Part shown: one piece after another, positions 18,831-26,004 of the stretch | Position numbering within the stretch: the stretch's first letter is position 1 | Layout of the letters: each line of letters begins with the position of its first letter | IMG/VR virus record: IMGVR_UViG_3300042452_000786 | Coordinates: 11,875-75,874 of that record | DNA from: a virus | Length of the DNA stretch: 64,000 bases | Reading direction: 5' to 3' (one strand) | Program-made: the position numbers and the translations under genes | The notes under the pieces: model-generated | The model's database searches: none | What the model was told of the DNA's origin: nothing | The model's input: the letters and a program-made list of their open reading frames with translations, nothing else

Positions 18831-19473
18831 TCTAGGGTTTTTTAACCTAGGGACTGTACAAAGTTATCCAACGGGTGGAACAGGGCCGACAGCATATGGA
18901 CCTACATCATATTTCGGTTCTGATCCACTCCCTGCGAACGCTGGAGATAGCCTCTACACTGCTGTTGATCTGGGCAATTTTAGCTCTCCGTTCAGGTCTA
19001 TAACAATAACCAACTCACATGGTGGCTTATCTCGGCGTCAAACAACATTTTACAGGCTGAGTTTAACGACACCTAGGGCTATTCAGTTTACCCAGAATTA
19101 CAGCCAGTTTGCTTACACGGCAAACACAAACAAGAACACCCTGGTAGCTTTCTATAAAATTGCAGAAGGCACAAAAAGAGTAGAGCTGCCAATCAACAAC
19201 TTAGGTTACGTTTACAAAAGCACTGGTCTGGATTACGACAGCGAAGACGTTGATTATTCTGACTATCCAATTACCAGGCTCGACCCAGGGGAATACCTTT
19301 TTTTAATTACAAACGATATCCGTTACTTAGAAACAACGTATTCGATTACATTAAACATTGCTTCAACCGACTGGCGTTATGTATATGAAGGCGTTGATGA
19401 TGCGCTTGACTTTGGCTTAGTAACAGAAGCGCTAAACACAGAAAGTGTTGACTTTGGTCTTATCAGGTCTTAA
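18799..19473 (+). CDS. beta-sandwich (PPC-like) putative virion decoration protein
   Basis: A.DLG, FYRL.L, L.PGEY..I motifs; C-terminal LDFGLV/VDFGLI. Confidence 0.45.
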   Translation: MARYLSTVPNNLGFFNLGTVQSYPTGGTGPTAYGPTSYFGSDPLPANAGDSLYTAVDLGNFSSPFRSITITNSHGGLSRRQTTFYRLSLTTPRAIQFTQNYSQFAYTANTNKNTLVAFYKIAEGTKRVELPINNLGYVYKSTGLDYDSEDVDYSDYPITRLDPGEYLFLITNDIRYLETTYSITLNIASTDWRYVYEGVDDALDFGLVTEALNTESVDFGLIRS

Positions 19474-19497
19474 GCTGTACTGAAATTCAGCAATGCC

Positions 19498-19752
19498 ATG
19501 AAAGTCATCACTGTGCAGAAACTTCAAGAGGATCTTGAGGCAATCCTGGATGACGTGTCAGACAACAAAGCTATCTATAAAATCCAAACCGAAAACGGCG
19601 ATCTTATTTTGATGCCTTACGACCACTACGAAGTAATGGCAGACGCATACAAAGAATGGGTTGACGAACCTAAAAGTAGTTTAAAAGAGGAATTCGACCC
19701 TTATCCTTTGCCTGTTATGTATGTTGACGATGCTGAACCTAAACCGCTTTAA
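19498..19752 (+). CDS. Phd/YefM-like antitoxin-fold protein
   Basis: MKVITV..L...L..ILD.V......I......ILMP...YE. Confidence 0.65.
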   Translation: MKVITVQKLQEDLEAILDDVSDNKAIYKIQTENGDLILMPYDHYEVMADAYKEWVDEPKSSLKEEFDPYPLPVMYVDDAEPKPL

Positions 19753-19773
19753 CTGTTAAACCTACACCAATTT

Positions 19774-20415
19774 TTACATAGCCCAGATAGTTGCATTCGT
19801 GTTTTTGCCGAGAGCTGGAACTTTTCTCGCGCCTCTTGCAATGTACCAAGCATCGCTTCCCATCGGAGGCTCAGGAGCAGGAGCAGGAGCAGGAGCAGGC
19901 GGGGGCGGAGGCTCAGGAGCAGGTGCAGGAGCGGGTGCAGGAGCAGGAGCCGGTGCAGGTGCAGGAGCAGGCGGTTTCCTTTCTTCTTCAACCTTTTCTA
20001 CAGCTCTACCGTATTCTTTTTGTGCTGCTGTTAACTGCTCTCTTGCAACATTAGCTGCTTCTTTAAACATGTTCTCCCATTCAACTTGCTGACCTCCTTG
20101 AGGTTGCTCGGTGCCTTCTTTTTGTTGCGCAAAAGGTTGCTTAGCTTCTTTTAAGTATCTGTCGCCAGTTGGAAGCGAGCTGAGATAAGAAGCAATTTCT
20201 TGAGTGCGACGACCAGCTTGCCTTGCACCTAATTCAGCAGGAGTACCAACTTCTTTATACCGCTCTCCCAGGGCAACTTGTGTATCCGCTTTAATACGAC
20301 CAAGTCTTTCCTCTAAACGTTTATAATCTTCTTCAGGCACAATGCTCCGATACACCGTAGCAGAGGTTGGCGACGGCATGTAAACCGTTGGTGCGCTTGG
20401 GCTAGATCCACCCAT
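19774..20415 (-). CDS. Pro-Ala repeat protein
   Basis: 213 aa; ~40-residue (PA)n tract encoded by GCAGGA-type hexamer repeats near 19865-19975. Confidence 0.7.
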   Translation of the reverse strand: MGGSSPSAPTVYMPSPTSATVYRSIVPEEDYKRLEERLGRIKADTQVALGERYKEVGTPAELGARQAGRRTQEIASYLSSLPTGDRYLKEAKQPFAQQKEGTEQPQGGQQVEWENMFKEAANVAREQLTAAQKEYGRAVEKVEEERKPPAPAPAPAPAPAPAPAPAPEPPPPPAPAPAPAPEPPMGSDAWYIARGARKVPALGKNTNATIWAM

Positions 20416-20420
20416 TTTTT

Positions 20421-20546
20421 TTACTTGACACGTACTTCTATACTGATTTTACTGTCGATGAATCCGTACAGATGCTGAAGACCGACGAGTCCCAGCGGTC
20501 CCAAGATGAGAACCAGGAGAAGTTCAGCCCAAGTGATTCGGCGCAT
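20421..20546 (-). CDS. small single-TM protein
   Basis: MRRITWAELLLVLILGPLGLVGL, 41 aa. Confidence 0.45.
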   Translation of the reverse strand: MRRITWAELLLVLILGPLGLVGLQHLYGFIDSKISIEVRVK

Positions 20547-20594
20547 GGTAATTGTTATCCCTATCTGAACGAGTTTAGCGAATTTATCTCTGGA

Positions 20595-20876
20595 GTGTCC
20601 ATTGATGCGTTGAAATACAAGTTGATGACACACCGTCAACGTTTAACTGCAGAAGCAATGTGGGCAGCAAACAACTACGGTGGATCAAAAGCCAATTGCG
20701 CAAAACACCTAAAAGAAATTTACGGCCCTCGCTGGTACAAAGTAGTAAAAATAGAGGATTACATGGAGCCAGTCAGACTGTACTACGAATATGTTTTGAT
20801 ACTGGCGCACCAAAACCAGTGGAATAAACGCCAAGAATTGGCTAAGCTAATCGAAAGCAAGGCGACCGAGGTTTGA
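20595..20876 (+). CDS. hypothetical protein
   Basis: 3' part of ORF 20472..20876; start uncertain. Confidence 0.5.
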   Translation: MSIDALKYKLMTHRQRLTAEAMWAANNYGGSKANCAKHLKEIYGPRWYKVVKIEDYMEPVRLYYEYVLILAHQNQWNKRQELAKLIESKATEV

Positions 20877-20877
20877 A

Positions 20878-21462
20878 TTGGAGTCCGTAGATTGGCTGGA
20901 TGTATTGGATCGTACAGAGTACGAGCCTGTTTCTGGCAGCATAAATACATACCAGAGCTACCGGTTTTCCAATTTAAACATCGAGGAAGTAACAGTAGAC
21001 AACTACGAAGATAAACTTGTTCCATCGTTGGCTGAACAAGTCAGTATGTTCATTCCACCATCTGGTAGCTTTGAAACTCCCGACTTAAGTCGATACTTAG
21101 AACTTGTTTGCAGTTACGAGACAAGCACTGCAGACATTGTTTTTGGTTTATCTTTGGCTGACCAAATTCGGTTGACGTTCAGCGATATGAAAACCAGTAC
21201 AATTTGCGACCGTTACCCAGAAATCAACTTGGCTGAAAAACGAAGGTATCGTTGTGTTGCTGAGTACCTGATTCGCCAGGGGGAACTGACCAAACTACGA
21301 GATGAAAACGGGAAACTCATCAAGAAAATTGGTAACATGCAAAAAGCTGTTGTGCTTTACAAGCCGTTACCAAAACTGCTTGAAACCTTAAAGAAATCAG
21401 GACTCGGTCACCTTATCAAGAAAAGCCAGAAATCCGAACTGGAAGTTAATGCAGAATCTTGA
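20878..21462 (+). CDS. hypothetical protein
   Basis: 194-aa ORF in an operon-like run. Confidence 0.6.
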   Translation: MESVDWLDVLDRTEYEPVSGSINTYQSYRFSNLNIEEVTVDNYEDKLVPSLAEQVSMFIPPSGSFETPDLSRYLELVCSYETSTADIVFGLSLADQIRLTFSDMKTSTICDRYPEINLAEKRRYRCVAEYLIRQGELTKLRDENGKLIKKIGNMQKAVVLYKPLPKLLETLKKSGLGHLIKKSQKSELEVNAES

Positions 21463-21487
21463 TAAACTAAATCAACTGGAAAAAACC

Positions 21488-21892
21488 ATGAGCACACGCC
21501 GCAAAGAAATGATTGCAAAAATGCTGTTGTCAGCCCCAACTGAAACAGAACAAGCAATGATGAAAGTTGCTATCGAGCGCATCTGCGCCGATATGTGCGA
21601 ATATTTCAGAGGGTTTTACAGCATTGAAGGCCCCGGAGCAATGGTGTATGTTCCAGAAGCAGACGAAAAGGATAGCATGTTTTATTTGACAGTTGAGTGC
21701 TTAATGAACGCACTTACTGATTTCAATAAACGAGATATGGAAGGTCCAGCAGAGATAATGAAAAAAGCTATTGCACGCGCAGAATCTATTGAACCAGACA
21801 AAGAATCTCTTTTTATCATTCAAGATGCGCAACAAATGTCCTTGATTCATTACAAACATGACAACCAAGAACACAGCTTTATGCGGATGTGA
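21488..21892 (+). CDS. hypothetical protein
   Basis: ATG 21488; overlaps the next gene by 4 nt. Confidence 0.6.
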   Translation: MSTRRKEMIAKMLLSAPTETEQAMMKVAIERICADMCEYFRGFYSIEGPGAMVYVPEADEKDSMFYLTVECLMNALTDFNKRDMEGPAEIMKKAIARAESIEPDKESLFIIQDAQQMSLIHYKHDNQEHSFMRM

Positions 21893-22515
21893 ACAAACCA
21901 AAAATTCCGTGGCATGAATACAAGAATTTTCTTGGCCGTGTAAAACACATTACTCATGATTGGCTCACCCCAGTTGATTATTTACCTTATATTGACGCAT
22001 TACTTGGTGATATTGATCTTGATCCTTGTTCAACACATCATGCAAATGCGCAATTTTTAAGGGCAAGAAAAGTTTACACCCTAAAAGAAGACGGTCTGAA
22101 CATCAATGAACCTTGGACTGGTAAGGTTTATCTGTTTCCACCAACCTATGGTCGCTGTTCTTTCAGTAAAGAACGTGGTACATGGCGCTGGAGTATGAGA
22201 GCTTCAGGAGTTTCAAAAGCTCCTTCAGTTATTTGGTTTAGGCGCTTGCTAAAAGAGTGGAAGCTTCGGAATATCAGCGAAGCTTTGTTTTATACTATCT
22301 ACCCAGAAATGCTAAGGGTGTGCCCAGAGGTGTGGGATTATCCGATGTGTTTCCCAAAAGACCGAGCAAATCTAGTTCACGGACACAAGTTATTTACTTT
22401 GAAAGCCCCTGTCCATTGGGGGTACTTCATCTATTTACCTCCAATGGATCTTGGCTCAAATCAGATAGAGAAATTTGACGAAATTTTTTCGCACATTGGC
22501 AAGGTTATTTACTAG
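21889..22515 (+). CDS. phage N6-adenine DNA methyltransferase-like protein
   Basis: DWLTP, IDLDPCS, YT.KEDGL...W.GKVY; catalytic motif reads FPPTY rather than NPPY. Confidence 0.7.
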   Translation: MNKPKIPWHEYKNFLGRVKHITHDWLTPVDYLPYIDALLGDIDLDPCSTHHANAQFLRARKVYTLKEDGLNINEPWTGKVYLFPPTYGRCSFSKERGTWRWSMRASGVSKAPSVIWFRRLLKEWKLRNISEALFYTIYPEMLRVCPEVWDYPMCFPKDRANLVHGHKLFTLKAPVHWGYFIYLPPMDLGSNQIEKFDEIFSHIGKVIY

Positions 22516-22726
22516 CCCTGAACGAGTTTTTAAACGAATACGTTCCATCACCAGGACCAGCAACTACGAAACGGTCTTCCGATGCTCTTTCCTGACCTAA
22601 ACGGTCAGCAATTTTACGACGCTTGATGTAACTGGCAACAAACTGCTTGCTTGTTTTGTTGTCGACAGCACGTTTTGTTTCTGCGTACCTTGCGTCAACG
22701 TCGTATGTTTGGCTAAGCTGTTGCAT
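22505..22726 (-). CDS. hypothetical protein
   Basis: 73-aa ORF with TAGAAT just upstream. Confidence 0.5.
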   Translation of the reverse strand: MQQLSQTYDVDARYAETKRAVDNKTSKQFVASYIKRRKIADRLGQERASEDRFVVAGPGDGTYSFKNSFRASK

Positions 22727-22746
22727 AGAAGTATTCTAGACCCACC

Positions 22747-23034
22747 ATGGCTTGCGGAGAAGCAACAGCCCATCAAATCTGTACTGTCTGCGATTCGGTT
22801 AAAAACTTGCTGCTGGACAAGAACAAAAAATATGGAGACTCAGCGTTAAACCCTGTTCGTATTTTCAGTCAAGCAACTGAAATTGAACAACTTCTTGTGC
22901 GTATCGACGACAAGCTAAGCCGCATCCAGAAAGGAGCCGGTTTGGTTGCTAACGACGAAGACATCATTCAAGATCTAATTGGTTACTTGGTTTTGTTGAA
23001 AATTGCTACTTCTAAATTCGCTATTCGCAAATAG
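22747..23034 (+). CDS. nucleotide-modification-associated alpha-helical protein (DUF1599/Nmad-like)
   Basis: LL.KN.KYGDS....RIF......L.VRIDDKLSRI....ED...DLIGYL.L. Confidence 0.65.
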   Translation: MACGEATAHQICTVCDSVKNLLLDKNKKYGDSALNPVRIFSQATEIEQLLVRIDDKLSRIQKGAGLVANDEDIIQDLIGYLVLLKIATSKFAIRK

Positions 23035-23133
23035 CGAATACAGGGATTGATTAAATGAATTACGAAGACTTCATTGAAAACTATCCTCTTGAATTGCAGT
23101 TAGTCGATGCTTTAGACCGTCTTAATCCCTTTT

Positions 23134-23868
23134 CTACTGTTGCTGCGGAGACTGTTGACCACCTGGCTTCATGCTCCAGTAACGAAAAAATCTCCTCATT
23201 ACCTCTCCAGATTCATCCCAAGCAGAAATCTTTCTCTCTAAATATTCAACAGCTTTAATTTGATACGGAGACCCATTCCAAGTCTCGCAAAGATTGAGCA
23301 AACAATACTTGTTTTCACAGGTGTGTTTGAAGTACGTCGTTATTTCCCTGTCTGGCTCCAGGTAAGTATTCAACTCTGCACGTCTACGCGCAACAACAAT
23401 ATCGCCACCTGACTGCCAAAGAGTGTTGATGTAAGGGCTCCACTCACGTATGATCTCTTTACGAGGAGCACCGCTATTAATCAACTGCAGAAGCCTGCTG
23501 TTTTTAAATGAAACAATTCCCAAGTTGTAAGCAAAACTTACAAGTGCGGCTTTTTTGTTATCGTTTAGCCTGACAAAAATGTACGGTTCCAGCTCTTTAG
23601 AAAACGCTTTTAAATCTTCTACCAGTTGTTTGTCAATTTTCTCTTTATCTGTTCTATCGTAAAAATTAACGGAGCGTTTTCCAAGTTTGCGGCTGCCGTA
23701 TCCAATGCGCCAAAAATCTTCCCCATACAACTTGTATGCTGCATACCGGTTCATCCCAATGCAAGTTTGCGGGATCGTGTATTTTTTGATTAGGTCCACT
23801 CCTTTTTGCACCAGTAGCGGGTAGACCGTTTTATTTTTCTCGTGTTCCTGTTCTTTTTTATGGGACAT
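23134..23868 (-). CDS. GH24 lysozyme homolog with degenerate active site
   Basis: G.DLIK, W.IGYG, L.DN..AALVSF.YNLG...F..S.LL..IN, RR.AE. Confidence 0.75.
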   Translation of the reverse strand: MSHKKEQEHEKNKTVYPLLVQKGVDLIKKYTIPQTCIGMNRYAAYKLYGEDFWRIGYGSRKLGKRSVNFYDRTDKEKIDKQLVEDLKAFSKELEPYIFVRLNDNKKAALVSFAYNLGIVSFKNSRLLQLINSGAPRKEIIREWSPYINTLWQSGGDIVVARRRAELNTYLEPDREITTYFKHTCENKYCLLNLCETWNGSPYQIKAVEYLERKISAWDESGEVMRRFFRYWSMKPGGQQSPQQQ

Positions 23869-24244
23869 TCACTGATGCTACGTAGCTTACTTCAGAGTAG
23901 GCATCTAGCTCTAAAATGACAACGTAATTTTTAGTAGCGTCTGTTACAGTAACGCCGACGGCTCCTTTTCCTTTGCCATCTTTTGCAATGTTAGTAAACT
24001 TTTTATATCCAGTTGGAGCAGTGCTTGCTGTGTAAGCATCTTCTTGAAAAATTTCTACTGTGTTAACGCCAGAGGTTTTAACCATGTTTACCGTGATGTC
24101 TCCAGTAGAACCTGGATCGATTCTGAATGCACGAAAACTTAAGCCGCCGGTAGAGCCAGCCGTGCTGTTACCAAGATAAGTGATTTCACTACCTGCATTA
24201 ACAAAAAAATTATCTAGTGTTGCAGTAATTGTGCGAATTGGCAT
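23858..24244 (-). CDS. small beta-rich putative structural protein
   Basis: 128 aa, Thr/Gly/Ser rich. Confidence 0.5.
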   Translation of the reverse strand: MPIRTITATLDNFFVNAGSEITYLGNSTAGSTGGLSFRAFRIDPGSTGDITVNMVKTSGVNTVEIFQEDAYTASTAPTGYKKFTNIAKDGKGKGAVGVTVTDATKNYVVILELDAYSEVSYVASVNVP

Positions 24245-24249
24245 GGCGG

Positions 24250-24465
24250 TTACGAGACTTGTCCTAAGGTAGAAAAATTAAAATTGATGTTGGCATCAAT
24301 CCCATGATCCTTGAGAATGCCTAAAAACATTTGACGATCAAGTGCTTTTTGGTGAAGGATCTCAATAAACGCTTCTTCCAGTTCATCCCTATCTAGGTTT
24401 TGAATTGCAAGGGCAGCAGCGTGGATTGAAAACTCCACATCCATTGGAAGGCCTACAGCGTCCAT
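24250..24465 (-). CDS. nblA: phycobilisome degradation adaptor NblA-like protein
   Basis: LPMDVEFSI......IQNLDRDEL...FIE...Q....RQMF..ILK matches the NblA two-helix pattern; 71 aa. Confidence 0.7.
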   Translation of the reverse strand: MDAVGLPMDVEFSIHAAALAIQNLDRDELEEAFIEILHQKALDRQMFLGILKDHGIDANINFNFSTLGQVS

Positions 24466-24511
24466 GGTTGATCTGAACCGTGTACCTATCCTAACAGCGC
24501 TGAATTAAACA

Positions 24512-24670
24512 TCAACAAGAAGGCCGAACCATTTCTGGGAGCGGGCGATAGGTTTGATCCACTGCAAAATGCGGATCATCAAATGCGCCGTCAAAAACTT
24601 TTTCAGAGTTGTCAGGGAATAGTGACGTTACGTATTTTTGCAGGTGGTCTTTTGGTGTAATGTGATCCAT
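24512..24670 (-). CDS. possible small hypothetical protein, 52 aa (absent from ORF track)
   Basis: MDHITPKDHLQKYV...; fills an otherwise empty gap. Confidence 0.35.
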   Translation of the reverse strand: MDHITPKDHLQKYVTSLFPDNSEKVFDGAFDDPHFAVDQTYRPLPEMVRPSC

Positions 24671-24807
24671 GGATTTGCAAGATTTTTCGGATGTAAACAG
24701 AACTCATCCCGTAAGCACTCAAAAAAGCTACGGCAAAAGTTAAGACAACAGGTTCCACTTGAAAGTCGCCTTTAAACTACTATATTGTAAACAGCCTGAG
24801 ACCCTGA

Positions 24808-25602
24808 ATGAACACGAGTTTTCTTGCTGAAGAACTTATGCACTCAGCCGTAGGAGGTGTAAGCAAAAGCTTAATTACAAGGACATTTAAAGAGCAGTAC
24901 GGTTGCACAGAAGAGGAAGTAGAGCAACTAATCCGCTTGTGCCGATTCAAGTCAAAGCCAGACAGGATTGATTACGACAGGTTTTACGATATTCCTTTGA
25001 CACTGAAAGCAAAAAAATACTGCTATCCGTTTACGCAGCTTTACGAAATTGCTGGGTTTCTGCCAGAGAAGGACTGTGAAAAGCTGATTGAGCTAGCAGA
25101 CGGAAATTTACGGCCGTCTACGGTGGCCGATCCGACTGACACAGGCACTGTTAACGATTACAGAACAAGCCATACCGCAGACTTTAATTGTTTCACCGAT
25201 CCTTTGTTTTTTTCAGTAGATAAACGAATCACGCAAATGCTTGGTCTTTATCCGTTCCTGGGAGAGACTATGCAAGCGCAGAAATATGAGATTGGTCAGT
25301 ACTACAAAGAGCACTGGGACTTCTTTAACCCGATTACGGAAGAATATAAAACCTACTGTGAGTGGATGGGACAGAGAACTTGGACTGCAATGATCTATTT
25401 AAATGATGTAAAAGAAGGAGGAGAAACTTACTTCAAACACTTAAAGTTGCGCATTAAACCTAAAAAAGGAACGCTTATTGCCTGGAATAATCTTTATAGA
25501 AACGGCTTACCTAATATGAAAACTATGCACGAAGCTTGTCCACCCGTGAGTGGGCCAAAATATGTAATCACTAAATGGTTTCGCAGCTGGAGTTTAATTT
25601 AG
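24808..25602 (+). CDS. prolyl 4-hydroxylase-family 2OG-Fe(II) oxygenase
   Basis: RTS, Q..Y..GQ.YK.HWD, GQR..T..IYLNDV.EGGET.F, HEA.P...G.KY..TKW.R. Confidence 0.9.
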   Translation: MNTSFLAEELMHSAVGGVSKSLITRTFKEQYGCTEEEVEQLIRLCRFKSKPDRIDYDRFYDIPLTLKAKKYCYPFTQLYEIAGFLPEKDCEKLIELADGNLRPSTVADPTDTGTVNDYRTSHTADFNCFTDPLFFSVDKRITQMLGLYPFLGETMQAQKYEIGQYYKEHWDFFNPITEEYKTYCEWMGQRTWTAMIYLNDVKEGGETYFKHLKLRIKPKKGTLIAWNNLYRNGLPNMKTMHEACPPVSGPKYVITKWFRSWSLI

Positions 25603-25943
25603 TTTGCTGAGATCCTGAATGTGACAATAGCATTAGTTCCACCAATTTCTTTGTAGAAATTAGCACGAACTTTTTTCATTGGAAATCCATAACTGTTATA
25701 AACGTAGTTACCGTTTTCTTTGATAATCTCAGAAAGCAAAGGAGCATATGTCGTTCCATCTAGAGTTCCCTCAAGTCGGACAACTATACTTTCATCGATG
25801 TTAGTTACGTTTACATTAAGAGTGTAGTTTCTTGTCGAAAGATAGTTAATGACATAAACTTCAGCAGGATCGGTGTATCCAGGAAAATCCAAAGCGTCAT
25901 AAATAAAAAACGCTGTTTGCTGGTAACTCTCAAAGAAACTCAT
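25599..25943 (-). CDS. small beta-sandwich structural protein
   Basis: VRLEG(T)LDG..Y motif, similar to the EGS.D.G motifs in the upstream fibre. Confidence 0.5.
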   Translation of the reverse strand: MSFFESYQQTAFFIYDALDFPGYTDPAEVYVINYLSTRNYTLNVNVTNIDESIVVRLEGTLDGTTYAPLLSEIIKENGNYVYNSYGFPMKKVRANFYKEIGGTNAIVTFRISAN

Positions 25944-26004
25944 TAGCAGTGAATTTTTTTATGACTTGATTAACAGTATGCCGTATGTGATTTCAGCATT
26001 ACTA

